Assembly (NCBI GenBank): GCA_963775855.1
Contig: CAVZKO010000005.1
Span: forward strand, 1,071,846-1,135,845
Source of the DNA: an uncultured Chloroflexia bacterium
GTDB lineage: Bacteria; Chloroflexota; Limnocylindria; Limnocylindrales; CSP1-4
Length of the DNA: 64,000 nt
Reading direction: 5' to 3'
The notes beneath the pieces were generated by a model. The model was not told the origin of the DNA. It was given only the letters and a program-made list of their open reading frames with translations, and did not search any database. Below, one piece after another: positions 34,239 to 45,899 of the stretch (positions are counted from its first letter, which is position 1; every line of letters begins with the position of its first letter). The position numbers and the translations under genes were made by a program.

Positions 34239-35384
34239 ATGACCAGGTTCATCTCCCGACGCTTGATCCTTAGCATCCCGGTGCTGATCGGGATCGTGTT
34301 CCTCGTATTCGCGCTCGCTCGGATCATCCCCGGCGACCCGTGCGTGGCCGCGCTCGGTGAACGAGCCAACGAGGCGACGTGCGCGCGATACTCGGCGGAG
34401 CACGGCTTGGACAAGGCCATCATTCCGGGCGTATTCCGGGTCGCTGGCAACCTCGAGATCAGGCTGAGCGAGGTCCCGGCGACGCTCGTCGATAACCAGT
34501 TCGTCATTTACCTCCAGGACATCGCGGCGGGCGAGTTCGGCGTTTCCTCAAAGTTCGGCCTGCCCGTCACGGACCTGCTGATCCAGCGGCTGCCGGTCAC
34601 AGTCGAGCTCGCCCTGTACGCGCTGACGTTCGCCATCATCGCGGGCATCAGCCTCGGCATCATTTCGGCTTATCGGCGCAACTCGGTCGCTGATGTCTCC
34701 ACGATGCTCGTCGCCAATATCGGCGTCTCGACACCGGTCTTTGTCCTGGGCCTGGTGCTGGCATACGTGTTCGCGGTGGTGTTGAAGGACACTCCCTTCG
34801 CCCTCCCTCCGTCGGGCCGCCTGACCCCCGGGATGTCGGTGACGCCGCTGGCCGAGGTATGGGGCCTCGAGGACCTCACCGGACCGCTCCGTGCGATCCT
34901 CGACTTCCTGTCGAACATCTACACGTTCAATGCAATCGTGACGCTCAACTTCGCCTTGCTTGCCGACACGGTCAGACACATGATCCTGCCGGCCCTCGCT
35001 CTTGGCACGATCCCGCTGGCGATCATCGCCCGGATGACCCGTTCGAGCCTCCTCGACGAGCTCGGCCTTGATTACATCCGGACCGCCCGGGCGAAGGGTC
35101 TGCGCGATCGGAGTGTCGTCATGCGCCACGGCTTCCGGAACGCGCTGCTACCGATCGTGACGGTGATCGGCCTCCAGCTGGGCGGCCTCTTCGGCGGGGC
35201 AGTCCTGACCGAAACCATCTTCAACCTGGCAGGGGTCGGCCGGGCGGTCACGGAGGCAATCGGAGCCCGTGACTACGCGGTCATCCAGGGCTTCACCCTG
35301 GTCATCGCGATCGGCTTCGTGATCGTGAATTTGCTGGTCGATGTCTCATACGCCCATCTCGATCCAAGGGTCAGGTTGAACTGA
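34239..35384 (+). CDS. ABC transporter permease (DppB/OppB-like)
   Basis: Intact 381-aa polytopic ORF with the permease loop YIRTARAKGLRDRSVVMRHGFRNALLPIVT. Confidence 0.88.
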   Translation: MTRFISRRLILSIPVLIGIVFLVFALARIIPGDPCVAALGERANEATCARYSAEHGLDKAIIPGVFRVAGNLEIRLSEVPATLVDNQFVIYLQDIAAGEFGVSSKFGLPVTDLLIQRLPVTVELALYALTFAIIAGISLGIISAYRRNSVADVSTMLVANIGVSTPVFVLGLVLAYVFAVVLKDTPFALPPSGRLTPGMSVTPLAEVWGLEDLTGPLRAILDFLSNIYTFNAIVTLNFALLADTVRHMILPALALGTIPLAIIARMTRSSLLDELGLDYIRTARAKGLRDRSVVMRHGFRNALLPIVTVIGLQLGGLFGGAVLTETIFNLAGVGRAVTEAIGARDYAVIQGFTLVIAIGFVIVNLLVDVSYAHLDPRVRLN

Positions 35385-35386
35385 CG

Positions 35387-36334
35387 ATGGCTGTCACGAC
35401 ACCTCCGGCCATGGATCTGATCGAGCCTGACGTCCGCGGCTCACGAACCACGTCGATCTGGCGTGACACGCTGGGCAATCTCCGGCGTCAGCGAAACGCC
35501 GTCATCGGCGGCGCGATCCTGGCCTTCTTCGTTGTCGTGGCCGTCTTCGCCGATCAGATCGCGACCCATGATCCGAACGCCATCTTGCTCGGCTCGGAGG
35601 AAGGTGCCAAGAAGCTTGCCTCCCCGTGCATTCATGCGCTCGGCTGTCCCGCTACGCAGCCCGAGCACTATTTCGGGATCGATGGGAACGTTCGGGACGT
35701 CTTCAGCCGGGTCGTGCACGGCTCACGAGTGTCTCTCCGGATCGGGTTTCTGACCGTGGGATTCGCCATCATTATCGGCGGCGTGATCGGCGCCCTGGCC
35801 GGATATACGAGCGGCAGGGTCGACAACGTCCTGATGCGGGCCATGGACGTCCTTCTCGCGTTCCCCGCGCTCCTCCTGGCGATCGCCATCGTCACGGTAC
35901 TTGGCAGCGGGCTCCTCAATGCGCAGTTGGCGATCGGGGTCGTCGCGATCCCGATCTATGCCCGGATCATGCGAGGTTCCGTCCTCTCCATCCGAGAGCG
36001 CGACTTCGTGACCGCGTCACGGGCGCTCGGCGAGTCGTCGTCCGGCCTGCTCCGCCGCAGAATCATCCCGAATGCGCTCACGCCGCTGATCGTCACGGGG
36101 ACGCTGGGGATCGCAGCGGCGGTCCTGGACGTCGCCGCGCTGTCGTTCCTAGGCCTCGGCGCCCAACCCCCGCAGGCGGAATGGGGGTCCATGATCGGTC
36201 TCGCTCGCAACACGATCTTCGCCGCGCCGCACCTGCTCATCTTCCCCGGCGTCGCGCTGGCGCTGACGGTGCTTGCGTTCAACCTGCTCGGTGACGGGCT
36301 GCGCGATGCGCTCGACCCGCGCCTGAACCGCTGA
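35387..36334 (+). CDS. ABC transporter permease (DppC/OppC-like)
   Basis: Intact 315-aa polytopic ORF with [31 protein letters not shown]. Confidence 0.88.
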   Translation: MAVTTPPAMDLIEPDVRGSRTTSIWRDTLGNLRRQRNAVIGGAILAFFVVVAVFADQIATHDPNAILLGSEEGAKKLASPCIHALGCPATQPEHYFGIDGNVRDVFSRVVHGSRVSLRIGFLTVGFAIIIGGVIGALAGYTSGRVDNVLMRAMDVLLAFPALLLAIAIVTVLGSGLLNAQLAIGVVAIPIYARIMRGSVLSIRERDFVTASRALGESSSGLLRRRIIPNALTPLIVTGTLGIAAAVLDVAALSFLGLGAQPPQAEWGSMIGLARNTIFAAPHLLIFPGVALALTVLAFNLLGDGLRDALDPRLNR

Positions 36335-36345
36335 GCGGTCCGACG

Positions 36346-37545
36346 ATGACGGATCCAACGGTGACGAAGACGACCGAGGCGACAGAGACGACTGACACGC
36401 TGCCAAACAGCCTCGGCCCGAGCCTGACCGAGACCGTCGTCGAGGAGCTCGTCCCGGCCTCGGCGAGGCGTCCGAAGCGCGAGCGGGGCGAGCGGCCGCT
36501 CCTCGAGGTCCGTGGGCTGCGGACGTCCTTCCACACCCGCGATGGCGTCGTCCGGGCGGTTGACGGCATCGACTTCTTCGTCGATCGGGGCGAGATCATG
36601 GGCCTTGTCGGCGAGTCGGGCTGCGGCAAGAGCGTGACGTCGCTCTCGATCATGCAGCTCGTCGCCCGACCCGGCCGGATCGAGGCGGGCGAGGTCATGT
36701 TCGACGGCCAGGACCTGCTCAAGCTAAAGCCCGAGGAGATGCGCAAGGTCCGGGGCGAGCGGATCAGCATGATCTTCCAGCAGCCGACCTCGTCGCTCAA
36801 CCCGGTCTGGGACGTCGGCCGCCAGATCGCCGAGGTCCTCGAGCTCCATCGCGGGATGAAGCACGGGGCGGCCGTCGCCCGCGCCGGCGAGCTTCTTCGG
36901 ATGGTCGGGATTCCGGATCCGGAGCGGCGGCTCAAGAACTTCCCCCACGAGATGTCGGGCGGCATGGCCCAGCGGGTGATGATCGCAATGGCGCTCGCCT
37001 GCGAGCCGGAGCTCCTCATCGCCGACGAGCCGACCACCGCCCTCGACGTGACGATCCAGGCCCAGATCCTCGACCTGATGCGGAACCTGCGCGAGGAGAC
37101 CGGGACCGCGATCATCCTCATCACTCACGACCTCGGCGTCGTGGCTGAGATGTGCGATCGGGTGGCGGTCATGTACGCGGGCGAGATCGTCGAGCATGCC
37201 GACGTCACCACCCTCTTCCGCTCGCCCCGCCACCCCTACACTCGCGGGCTGATCGGCTCGCTGCCGGTCGTCGGCGTTGAACGCGACGAGCTAGCCGTCA
37301 TCCAGGGCAACGTCCCGAACCTGATTGACCTGCCGAAGGGCTGTCGGTTTGCGCCGCGCTGCGCGTCGCGCGTCATCGAAGAGAACGCGCTGGCGCTCGA
37401 GGTCCACCCCGGGCTCCACGCACTCGCCCCGGGCCACGAGGTTCGCTGCTTCCTCTACCACGACATTAACGGCCGGCCGATCCCCCGCCCGCCGGGCTGG
37501 GTCCCACGGACCGAGCCAACGCCGGCCGTCGGAGCCGGAACGTGA
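36346..37545 (+). CDS. ABC transporter ATP-binding protein (DppD/OppD-like)
   Basis: Walker A GESGCGKS, signature MSGGMAQR, Walker [13 protein letters not shown], a C-terminal oligopeptide-type domain, and a Thr-rich 45-aa N-terminal extension. Confidence 0.9.
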   Translation: MTDPTVTKTTEATETTDTLPNSLGPSLTETVVEELVPASARRPKRERGERPLLEVRGLRTSFHTRDGVVRAVDGIDFFVDRGEIMGLVGESGCGKSVTSLSIMQLVARPGRIEAGEVMFDGQDLLKLKPEEMRKVRGERISMIFQQPTSSLNPVWDVGRQIAEVLELHRGMKHGAAVARAGELLRMVGIPDPERRLKNFPHEMSGGMAQRVMIAMALACEPELLIADEPTTALDVTIQAQILDLMRNLREETGTAIILITHDLGVVAEMCDRVAVMYAGEIVEHADVTTLFRSPRHPYTRGLIGSLPVVGVERDELAVIQGNVPNLIDLPKGCRFAPRCASRVIEENALALEVHPGLHALAPGHEVRCFLYHDINGRPIPRPPGWVPRTEPTPAVGAGT

Positions 37546-38693
37546 CCGCCCTGCCGAGTCAGAGCCCCTCTCCCGGCGTGATGCCCGTACCGGCCGCGAC
37601 GCCGGCGCCCGGGCCTGAGTCGGAGCCGCTGGTCGTCGTCCGCGACCTCGTCAAGCACTTCCCCGTCAAGGGCGGGGTCCTCCAGCGGACCGTCGGGCTC
37701 GTCCAGGCAGTCGACGGCGTCAGCTTCGAGATCCGCCGCGGCGAGACGCTCGGCCTCGTCGGCGAATCGGGCTGCGGCAAGACGACCGTCGGCCGCCTCC
37801 TGCTCCGGCTGATCGATCCGACCTCGGGCCAGATCCGGTTCGACGGAACGGACATCGCCGCGCTCAAAGGCGCGGACTTGAAGCCATACCGGCGCCGGAT
37901 GCAGATCATCTTCCAGGACCCGTTCTCTTCGCTGGACCCGCGCACGCCCATCGGCGACAGCATCGGCGAGGGGCTCCGGATCCACGGCCTTGGCTCGTCC
38001 AAGGAGCGGCGTGCCAAGGTCATGAGGACGATGGACATGGTGGGCCTGGCGCCGTACCACGCCCGGCGTTACCCCCACGAGTTCTCCGGCGGCCAGCGCC
38101 AGCGGATCGGCATCGCCCGGGCGCTCGTCCTGGAGCCCGATCTCGTCGTCTGCGACGAGCCGGTCTCGGCGCTCGACGTGTCGATCCAGGCCCAGGTCCT
38201 CAACGAGCTCAAATCGCTCCAGCGCGAGCTCGGGCTGACCTACCTGTTCATCGCCCACAACATGGGCGTCGTCGAGCACATCAGCAACCGTGTCGCGGTC
38301 ATGTACCTCGGCAGGGTCGCCGAGCTGGCCGACCGCCGGGCGATGTTCCGGTCACCGCAGCACCCGTACACCCAGGCGCTCATGTCGGCCATCCCGGTTC
38401 CGGATCCGGAGCTTCGGCGCAAGCGCGTCATCCTTCGCGGCGATGTGCCGTCGCCGGTCAACCCACCATCAGGCTGCCACTTCAACCCACGCTGCCAGCT
38501 CCGAGCAGAGCTGGGTGGGCCGGAGATCTGCGTGACCGACGAGCCGCCGCTGCTCGAACTGGCGCCCGACCACTTGGCCGCCTGTCATTTCCGCGGGGCG
38601 GGCTCGGAAGCAGGTACGCGTGAGGCGATCGACGCGACGAAGCGGGCGACCGCGACGTCGCCGACCGGGGTGACGTCGGCGGCCGGATCCTAG
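37542..38693 (+). CDS. ABC transporter ATP-binding protein (DppF/OppF-like)
   Basis: GTGA overlap with the preceding gene. Walker A GESGCGKT, signature FSGGQRQR, Walker [13 protein letters not shown]. Confidence 0.9.
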   Translation: MTALPSQSPSPGVMPVPAATPAPGPESEPLVVVRDLVKHFPVKGGVLQRTVGLVQAVDGVSFEIRRGETLGLVGESGCGKTTVGRLLLRLIDPTSGQIRFDGTDIAALKGADLKPYRRRMQIIFQDPFSSLDPRTPIGDSIGEGLRIHGLGSSKERRAKVMRTMDMVGLAPYHARRYPHEFSGGQRQRIGIARALVLEPDLVVCDEPVSALDVSIQAQVLNELKSLQRELGLTYLFIAHNMGVVEHISNRVAVMYLGRVAELADRRAMFRSPQHPYTQALMSAIPVPDPELRRKRVILRGDVPSPVNPPSGCHFNPRCQLRAELGGPEICVTDEPPLLELAPDHLAACHFRGAGSEAGTREAIDATKRATATSPTGVTSAAGS

Positions 38694-40018
38694 TTCTGCA
38701 GGTCGTCGGCCGGCGGCCGGCCGGAGCCCGCGGCAGAGCCCTCACTGCCGGAGTCGCTCGTGCCCGAGGCGTCCGCGCCTGACGAGCTGCTGCGGTCAGT
38801 CGTCGAGCTGCTTGCGGCGGCTGTCTCGGCCACGTCGCTCTCGGTCTCCTCGACGTCGGCACCCGCGATCGCGGCGAGCGGGGCCTCGGCGGCCACGCCC
38901 TCCACGGCGAGGGCGACGGGGACGACGACGTGGGCTGCCGCCGCGGCTGCCTCCGGGGTCACCGTCTCCGCGAAGTGGCAGGCGACTCGGTGGCCACCGG
39001 CGATTTCGCGCAGCTCCGGGATGGTCGTGTTACACGACTCCGGCTGGCCGAGTTGCTCGTACAGCCAACACCTGGTGTGGAACCGGCAACCAGTCGGCGG
39101 CGCCGCCGGGCTCGGCACATCGCCCTTGAGAACGATCCGCCGCTTCCGGATCCGTGGGTTCGGCTCAGGTACGGCAGACAGGAGGGCGATCGTGTAGGGA
39201 TGGCGCGGGTTCGAGTAGATCTCCTCGACGCCGGCGACCTCGACCATCGTCCCGAGGTACATGACCCCGACCCGGTCGCTGATGTACTGGATCACCGACA
39301 GGTTGTGGGCCACGAAGAGGTACGTCAGGTCGAACTCGGCCCTCAGGTCGAGAAGCAGATTGAGGATCTGGGACTGGATCGAGACATCCAGAGCCGAGAC
39401 CGGCTCGTCGCAGATCACGATCTGGGGCGCGAGTGCGAGCGCCCGGGCGATCCCGATCCGCTGCCGCTGGCCGCCGGAGAACTCGTGCGGGTAGCGCCGG
39501 GCGTAGTCGCGGCGAAGTCCGACGGCGTCGAGGTAGTCGCCGACCCGCTTGTCGCGGATCTTCCGATTGCCCCAGCCGTTCTCCTCGTCCCCCTGGGCCA
39601 GCAGACCCTCGCCGATGATCTCGCTGACCGGCATCCGCGGGTTGAGCGAGCCGACCGGGTCCTGGAAGATGATCTGCATCTGACGGCGGAACTTCTTGAG
39701 GTCGTCGCCCTTTCGGCTGAAGATGTCCTCGCCGTTGAGCGTCGCTTTCCCGGACGTCGCCGGGATCAGGCGAACCAAGGTCCGGCCGAGTGTCGACTTG
39801 CCGCAACCAGACTCGCCGACCAGCCCGAAGACCTCGCCGCGGTAGATCTCGAAGCTCACGTCGTCGACGGCCTTCACGTCGCCGATCTTGCGGCGGAAGA
39901 CCCCGCCGTAGATCGGGTAGTACTTGACGAGGTTCTCGACGACGACGATCGGTTCCTCGGCCTCCGGCGCCGGCATGGTCGCCGCCGCCAGCGCCGAGCT
40001 CGTAGCGGGATCGACCAT
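38690..40018 (-). CDS. ABC transporter ATP-binding protein (OppF-like) with a roughly 100-aa low-complexity C-terminal tail
   Basis: I chose the ATG at 40018 (TAATG junction with the upstream gene stop). Walker [29 protein letters not shown]. After CHFAE the protein continues as an Ala/Ser/Glu-rich tail to the stop at 38690. Confidence 0.85.
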   Translation of the reverse strand: MVDPATSSALAAATMPAPEAEEPIVVVENLVKYYPIYGGVFRRKIGDVKAVDDVSFEIYRGEVFGLVGESGCGKSTLGRTLVRLIPATSGKATLNGEDIFSRKGDDLKKFRRQMQIIFQDPVGSLNPRMPVSEIIGEGLLAQGDEENGWGNRKIRDKRVGDYLDAVGLRRDYARRYPHEFSGGQRQRIGIARALALAPQIVICDEPVSALDVSIQSQILNLLLDLRAEFDLTYLFVAHNLSVIQYISDRVGVMYLGTMVEVAGVEEIYSNPRHPYTIALLSAVPEPNPRIRKRRIVLKGDVPSPAAPPTGCRFHTRCWLYEQLGQPESCNTTIPELREIAGGHRVACHFAETVTPEAAAAAAHVVVPVALAVEGVAAEAPLAAIAGADVEETESDVAETAAASSSTTDRSSSSGADASGTSDSGSEGSAAGSGRPPADDLQN

Positions 40019-41094
40019 TATCGGTTTGCTTCGAGCGGCGGCAGGACGGGTCGCTGGCGCGACGGGGGCGGCTCGCCAGGCGCCCGGGTGTAGAGCCAGC
40101 AGGCGACGTCGGGCGGGGTCGCCTCCTCGATCCGCGGGTCGTGGACCGGGCACGGCGCGAACGCGTACGGGCAGCGCGGGGTGAAGTTGCAGCCGGGCGA
40201 GAGGTTGAAGGGATTGGCGACCGTGCCCTTGATGACGTTCAGCCGCTGACCCCGCTTGCCTTTCGAGGGAGTCGACTCGAGAAGGCCCTCCGTGTAGGGG
40301 TGTTTGGGGGCGAGCAGCACTTCATCGACGGTGCCCCGCTCGACGACGCGGCCGGCGTACATGACGACGACGTCGTGGACCGTCTCGGCGACTACTCCCA
40401 GATCGTGGGTGATCAGCATGAGTGCCGCCCCGGTCTCGTCCTGGACCTTCCTGATGAGGTCGAGGATCTGGGCCTGGATCGTCACGTCGAGGGCGGTCGT
40501 GGGCTCATCGGCGATGATCAGGTCCGGGTCGCACGACAGGGCCATCGCGATCATCACCCGCTGCCGCATCCCGCCCGACATTTCGTGGGGATACTGCTTG
40601 ACCCGTCGCTCGGGGTTGTTGATCCCGACCGATCGAATGGACTCGATCGCCTTGTTCCAGGCTTCCTTCTTCGAGTACGCCAGGTGGAGCCGGACCGCTT
40701 CCGCGATCTGATCGCCGATCGTCAGGACCGGGTTCAGGCTTGTCATCGGCTCCTGGAAGACCATGGCGATGTCGTTGCCGCGGACCTTTTGCATCGACTC
40801 GTCGTCGAGGGCCAGGAGGTTGCGGCCCTGGAAGGTGACCTCGCTGCCCTCGACGACCTCGGCGGGCGGCGACGAGAGCAGGCGCATGATCGTGAGCGCG
40901 GTGACACTCTTGCCGCAGCCGGATTCGCCGACGATTCCCAATGTCTCGCCCGGGTTGATCGAGAAGCTCACGCCGTCGACGGCTTTGACCGTCCCGTCCA
41001 TGACGTGGAAGTGGACCTGCAGGTCGCGCACGTCGAGCAGCGGCCCCGCAGTGTGCCCGGCCCCCGCCTCCGGCCGCGCGATCGTATCGGTCAC
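40018..41094 (-). CDS. ABC transporter ATP-binding protein (OppD-like)
   Basis: Intact 358 aa with Walker [29 protein letters not shown]. Confidence 0.9.
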   Translation of the reverse strand: MTDTIARPEAGAGHTAGPLLDVRDLQVHFHVMDGTVKAVDGVSFSINPGETLGIVGESGCGKSVTALTIMRLLSSPPAEVVEGSEVTFQGRNLLALDDESMQKVRGNDIAMVFQEPMTSLNPVLTIGDQIAEAVRLHLAYSKKEAWNKAIESIRSVGINNPERRVKQYPHEMSGGMRQRVMIAMALSCDPDLIIADEPTTALDVTIQAQILDLIRKVQDETGAALMLITHDLGVVAETVHDVVVMYAGRVVERGTVDEVLLAPKHPYTEGLLESTPSKGKRGQRLNVIKGTVANPFNLSPGCNFTPRCPYAFAPCPVHDPRIEEATPPDVACWLYTRAPGEPPPSRQRPVLPPLEANR

Positions 41095-41098
41095 TCGT

Positions 41099-42061
41099 TC
41101 ACCGCCCGCGAGTGTACGGATCGAGGGCGTCGCGCATGCCGTCTCCCATGAAGTTGATCGCGATGACCGTCAGGGCGATCGCCATCCCCGGGAAGAACGC
41201 CCACCACCAGTTGCCCAGGACGAGGGTGCCCTGCGAGTTGGAGAGGGCGTTCCCCCAGCTCACGTCGGTCGCCCGTACGCCGAAGTTCAGGAAGCTCACG
41301 AACGCTTCCAGGACGATCGTGCCGGCGACAAGCAGCGACGCGGAGACGACGATCGGCCCGATCGCGTTCGGGAGCATGTGCTTGAAGATGATCCTGTTGT
41401 TGCTCACCCCGACCGCCCGGGCCGCGAGGACGAAGTCCTGTTCGCGTAACGAGAGGAACATGGCCCGGACGAGACGGGCAAGGCCGGGCCAGGCGAGCAG
41501 CCCGAAGATCAGGATGATGATGGCCGGGTCGCCGCCCCCGAAGAAGCGGGCCGCGACGAGCACGATGAACAGGAACGGGACCGCAAGGACGAGGTCGACG
41601 AGTCGCATCAGGAAGCCGTCCGACCAGCCGCCGAAGAAGCCCGCGATGCCGCCGATGGTGACGCCGATCGACACGGCGATGATCGTCGTCATGACGCCGA
41701 TCAACATCGACAGCCGGGCGCCGTTCACGGTCAGGACGAAGACGCTCCGGCCGAGGTTGTCGGTCCCGAAGATCGTCTCGATCGACTCGAGTGACGGTGG
41801 GTTGCCGCCAGGCTTCGTTACGGCCGTGATGTCGAGCCGGTCGTACGGGAACAGGACGGGCCCGAGGATCGCCACAACCACCATGAACAGGAAGATCGAC
41901 GAGCCAACCAACGCCAGTCGATTGCGCTTGAATCGCCGCCAGGCGAGCTGCCGCTGGTTGAGCGACTCGAGTGAGACCTCGAAATCGGTGGCCGGCCCGC
42001 CGGACTCGACTACGCCGGTCTGGGTGATTCCTTCGACGTGCGTTGCCTGGATCGGATCCAT
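41099..42061 (-). CDS. ABC transporter permease (OppC-like)
   Basis: Intact 320-aa polytopic ORF with [31 protein letters not shown]. Confidence 0.88.
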   Translation of the reverse strand: MDPIQATHVEGITQTGVVESGGPATDFEVSLESLNQRQLAWRRFKRNRLALVGSSIFLFMVVVAILGPVLFPYDRLDITAVTKPGGNPPSLESIETIFGTDNLGRSVFVLTVNGARLSMLIGVMTTIIAVSIGVTIGGIAGFFGGWSDGFLMRLVDLVLAVPFLFIVLVAARFFGGGDPAIIILIFGLLAWPGLARLVRAMFLSLREQDFVLAARAVGVSNNRIIFKHMLPNAIGPIVVSASLLVAGTIVLEAFVSFLNFGVRATDVSWGNALSNSQGTLVLGNWWWAFFPGMAIALTVIAINFMGDGMRDALDPYTRGR

Positions 42062-42065
42062 GCCC

Positions 42066-43175
42066 TCAGTACCGAATGCGCGGGTCGACGATCCCGTAGA
42101 CGAGATCCGCTACCAGGTTCGCGAGCAGGATCATCGCCGAGGTGATCATGATCACCGCCATCAGCACGAAGTAATCGCTCTCCCTGAGCGACTGGATGAA
42201 CAGCGAGCCCATCCCCGGCCAGACGAAGATCGTCTCGGTGACGATCGCCCCGGCGACGAGGAATGGCAGCTCCAGACCGACGTTCGTGACGACCGGCAGG
42301 AGGGCGTTGCGGAGCGCATGGCGGCCGTAGACGCGGCGCGGTGCGGCGCCCTTCGCTTTTGCCGTCCGGACGTAGTCCTGGTTCAGCACGTCGAGCATGG
42401 AGGCGCGCACGAATCGGCTGTCGCCGGCGATGTTCACGGCGACCAGCGTGATGAGCGGCAACACCATGTGCGAGCCGATCTCCACGATGGCCCCGATCGG
42501 GTCCTTCGCGACGGCCACGCTGAAGGCGGGCGTCCCGAACGGCGGCCACTCGCGGGCGTTCACCATCCCGCTCGTCGGGAACCAGCCGAGGTACACCGCG
42601 AAGATGAAGATCAGCATGAGGCCCAGCCAGAACGTCGGTAACGAGTAGAAGATGTAAGAGAGGAACGTCGACACCTGGTCGAACAAGCCGTACTGGCGCA
42701 CGGCCGCGATCACCCCGATCACGAGGGCCAAACTGACCCATATGAACAGGGCCGTGCCGGCTAGCAGGAGCGTCGCTGGTAACCGCTCGGTGATGATTCC
42801 GAGCACCTCGCGGCCGTTGGCGATGCTCCGCCCGAAGTCGCCGTGGAGGATCCCGTTATCTCCGCCGCCGAGGGTTCGCGGCAGGAAGTTCAGGCCGCCC
42901 TGCTCTGAGAAGAAGGCGTTCCAGCCGTCGTTGTTGCAATTGAGGATGCCTGCCCAGCCGCCGAATTCCTTGGCGGTGGCAACGATCGAGTCTTCGCCCT
43001 CGAGGCACCACGCGTTGAGCCATCGCTCGATCTGGGCGTTCGTCAGCTTCTTGCTCTCCTTCATCGCCTGCTCCGGTCCACCCGGAGCGAACTGCATGAG
43101 GAAGAAGCTGATGATCACGACCGCTACGAAGAGCGGAATGAGGCCGAGGAGTCGGCGGATGAAATACTTGCCCAT
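42066..43175 (-). CDS. ABC transporter permease (OppB-like)
   Basis: Intact 369-aa polytopic ORF with YVRTAKAKGAAPRRVYGRHALRNALLPVVT. Confidence 0.88.
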   Translation of the reverse strand: MGKYFIRRLLGLIPLFVAVVIISFFLMQFAPGGPEQAMKESKKLTNAQIERWLNAWCLEGEDSIVATAKEFGGWAGILNCNNDGWNAFFSEQGGLNFLPRTLGGGDNGILHGDFGRSIANGREVLGIITERLPATLLLAGTALFIWVSLALVIGVIAAVRQYGLFDQVSTFLSYIFYSLPTFWLGLMLIFIFAVYLGWFPTSGMVNAREWPPFGTPAFSVAVAKDPIGAIVEIGSHMVLPLITLVAVNIAGDSRFVRASMLDVLNQDYVRTAKAKGAAPRRVYGRHALRNALLPVVTNVGLELPFLVAGAIVTETIFVWPGMGSLFIQSLRESDYFVLMAVIMITSAMILLANLVADLVYGIVDPRIRY

Positions 43176-43205
43176 TCCACCGTCCCGCGCTTTCTAGGTG
43201 GAGCG

Positions 43206-43234
43206 GGGGCGCGACACCGGTGGTGCCGCGCCCC
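43206..43234 (-). other. Intercistronic stem-loop after the second binding-protein gene
   Basis: Minus strand reads GGGGCGCGGCACC-ACC-GGTGTCGCGCCCC: 13-bp stem with one G-T pair, between the SBP stop (43257) and the permease start (43175). Confidence 0.55.
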
Positions 43235-43256
43235 GTTCCATTACTGCGGTGAAATG

Positions 43257-45080
43257 TTACTCCTTGACGAACCAGTCCTCGGTGTTCCACATGTCGGACG
43301 CCGTTGACGGATTCTTCACGAAGTTGCCAACCCGGTTGCTGAGCCCGCGAACCGAGGATCGGTAGTACAGCGGGACTTCGAAGTTGCTCGACGCATAGAT
43401 CTCCTGGAGCGTCTGAGCGATATCGAAGATCTTGGCCGGATCGACGGTCTTGTACAGCTCGTCGAGCGCAGCATCCATGGTCGGATCGTTCAGCCGCATG
43501 GTGTTGCCACCCTCGCCGCCGTTCTCTTCCGTCGGGACCTGGCTCGAGTGATACGAGTAGTAGTAGTCGCCGAAGATGTCGAGGGTCAGGACGTAGGCGA
43601 ACTCCGCCGTGTCGTAGGTCCCTCGGTAGATGTTGCACTGGGTCTCGGCGGTCGTGCCGCTCCAGGCCTCGAAGAGGATCGCATCGTAGGTCGGAGTGAC
43701 CTTGATGCCGATCTCCTTGAGCTGTGAGGCGATCACGTCACCAGCGGAGACGCGGAACGGAGCCGGGGTGCTGCAGTGCTGGAGCTCGAGCTCCTTGCCG
43801 TCCTTGTCGACGGTTCCGTCGCCGTTGGTGTCGGTCCAGCCGGCCTCGGTCAGGAGGGCCTTGGCCTTCTCGACGTCGAACTCGGCGCAGACGAGGCCCT
43901 CAGCACGCCAGTACAGGCCGGGAGGCGTCGGGGCGCAGGCCGGCTCGGTCTTCGGCACGCCTGGGTACACGATGTCCCAAAGAGCGTCCTTGTCGATGCC
44001 ACGGGCCACGGCCTCGCGGACCTTGGCGTCCTTGAACGCCTCGTTCTGCTGGTTGAGGTCGAGGTGCTCGTACTCCCACGCCGGGCCGATGAGCGCCTGG
44101 CCCCAGGCCGGATCGACGCCCTGGATCGCCGCATAGTCGCCCTGGAGCAGGTCAGTCGCGACATCGACTTCCTTGGCCAGGAAGGCCGCGATCATCGCGT
44201 CCTTGGCGTCGGTGTAGAACTTGAAGATGAGCTTGTCGAGATAGGCGACGTGACTGCCGGTCTTGTAGTTGTCGTTGCGCAGCAGCTCGACCGTGTCGGC
44301 CGAGGAGGCGCCGTACTTGAACGGGCCGGAAGTCGGGGCGTTCGCCAGCTCAGGCGTGCCGACCGGATACGACTTGTCGGCAGCTTCGGCCGGCGAGAAC
44401 GTCTCCACGTAGTGCTTCGGAAGGGGCCCGGTGTCGAGCAGGCCGTAGTAGCCCGCGTAGCCTTCCTTGAAGTGGATCGTGCCCTTGAGACCGCCGCTGT
44501 CGACGTCGAACTTGTCGATCAGGTCCCAGCCGACGGTGCCTGACACGAGGCCGACCTGCTCGGGGTTCATGATGAACTCCCAGGTCCACTTCATGTCTTC
44601 CATCGTCAGGGGCTTGCCGTCGCTCCAGAGGAGGCCGGGCTTGTACTCGAGGTTGATCGTGAAGCCTGCTCCGCTCGAGTCCATGACAACGCCGCCGTTG
44701 GACAGGTTCGGAACGGTCGTCACCAGCTCGGGGATCCACTTCCCGTCGGGGCTGATGTCCCAGTTCGGCGCGAAGGTCGCGGCCATGACCTGGGAGTTCT
44801 TGAACGAGCTCGTGTAATACGGGTTGAGAAGGCTGTACGTCTGCCAGTCGGAGACGACGATCGACCCGCCGGGCTTACCCTCTTCAGGGGTATACGCCGC
44901 GGGGGTGAACAGCAGGTCGTCGGTGAAGCCGGTCACCGCGGACGGCGGCGCCACGGACGCCGGCGGGGCTGCGGACCCCGGAGCTGAGGCGGCGGGTGCC
45001 GACGCCGAAGGCGCCGCCGTGCCGCAGGCTGACATGACGAGCGCGGCGCTCGCAAGCAGCCCGAATAGGCGTTTCTGCAT
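43257..45080 (-). CDS. ABC transporter substrate-binding lipoprotein, family 5
   Basis: ATG at 45080 follows GGAGGAGAACTTG. Signal peptide and lipobox MQKRLFGLLASAALVMSAC. Long mature domain of SBP family 5 type. The track ORF begins upstream at 45335. Confidence 0.85.
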   Translation of the reverse strand: MQKRLFGLLASAALVMSACGTAAPSASAPAASAPGSAAPPASVAPPSAVTGFTDDLLFTPAAYTPEEGKPGGSIVVSDWQTYSLLNPYYTSSFKNSQVMAATFAPNWDISPDGKWIPELVTTVPNLSNGGVVMDSSGAGFTINLEYKPGLLWSDGKPLTMEDMKWTWEFIMNPEQVGLVSGTVGWDLIDKFDVDSGGLKGTIHFKEGYAGYYGLLDTGPLPKHYVETFSPAEAADKSYPVGTPELANAPTSGPFKYGASSADTVELLRNDNYKTGSHVAYLDKLIFKFYTDAKDAMIAAFLAKEVDVATDLLQGDYAAIQGVDPAWGQALIGPAWEYEHLDLNQQNEAFKDAKVREAVARGIDKDALWDIVYPGVPKTEPACAPTPPGLYWRAEGLVCAEFDVEKAKALLTEAGWTDTNGDGTVDKDGKELELQHCSTPAPFRVSAGDVIASQLKEIGIKVTPTYDAILFEAWSGTTAETQCNIYRGTYDTAEFAYVLTLDIFGDYYYSYHSSQVPTEENGGEGGNTMRLNDPTMDAALDELYKTVDPAKIFDIAQTLQEIYASSNFEVPLYYRSSVRGLSNRVGNFVKNPSTASDMWNTEDWFVKE

Positions 45081-45404
45081 CAAGTTCTCCTCCAAGTTGG
45101 GCTTTGCCCAAATACTCCCACGAACACGGCCATATCCCGGCGCCGTCGATTCCCCACCGTCTGCGAGTCGCGTGACTCGGCCACTGGCTGTGGCCCTGGA
45201 CATGCGAAAATCGCACCAGCTATCGCGGATTCCGGCCGCTGTGCTCCGCGTACGATGCGCGATGGGGACGCGGGATGTCAAACTTGCCACCCTCTGGAGT
45301 GACACCAGTCTCGAGTTCACCTCCTCGTGTCTCATGCCGGACCGCCCGAGCCACTTCGGCGCGGAACGGACCGGCCGCCGGTCGAAACCTGGACCCCGAG
45401 ACCG

Positions 45405-45899
45405 TCAGGGCCTGCCCATCTGGCGGGGTCGATCGAGATGACGACTTGCGTCGCCTTGGTGGATAGCGAGATAGGACGCGATCGGTCGACGCTCAGCTCG
45501 AGCGCGCTGGACACCGCGGCCGGGGGGACCGTCGGTGCGAGAATTCGTCGCCTCGCCGGCGCCGAAGCTGAGCGGAATCACCATGACGGCGACGATCGCA
45601 AGGCTCATCGCCATGCCCGTCGCAGGCGACATCAGAATCGATCGGGCGCGTCCCCGGCGTGTGATTCGGTCACGCAGCCTGGGCCAGGCGTCGGGCCGCG
45701 GCTCCTGGCGCGCCATCGCATCGCCGAGGCGTCGGAGCGCCGTGATCGTCAGCGCCGTCGCCTCGAGCTCCGTCACGCACCGGCCGCAGCGCTCGAGATG
45801 CGCGAACGCCGCCTCAGCCGAGTCACTGAGGTCGCCTCGATCGACGAAGTCGATCAGAGCCGCCCGGTGCCGGCGGCAGCTACCCGTCAGGTCGATCAC
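45405..45899 (-). CDS. Zinc-binding (ZAS-type) anti-sigma factor, single-pass membrane protein
   Basis: The GTG at 45899 overlaps the sigma-factor stop (GTGA). HxxxCxxC motif AHLERCGRC, and one TM helix GMAMSLAIVAVMVIPLSF. Confidence 0.7.
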   Translation of the reverse strand: MIDLTGSCRRHRAALIDFVDRGDLSDSAEAAFAHLERCGRCVTELEATALTITALRRLGDAMARQEPRPDAWPRLRDRITRRGRARSILMSPATGMAMSLAIVAVMVIPLSFGAGEATNSRTDGPPGRGVQRARAERRPIASYLAIHQGDASRHLDRPRQMGRP

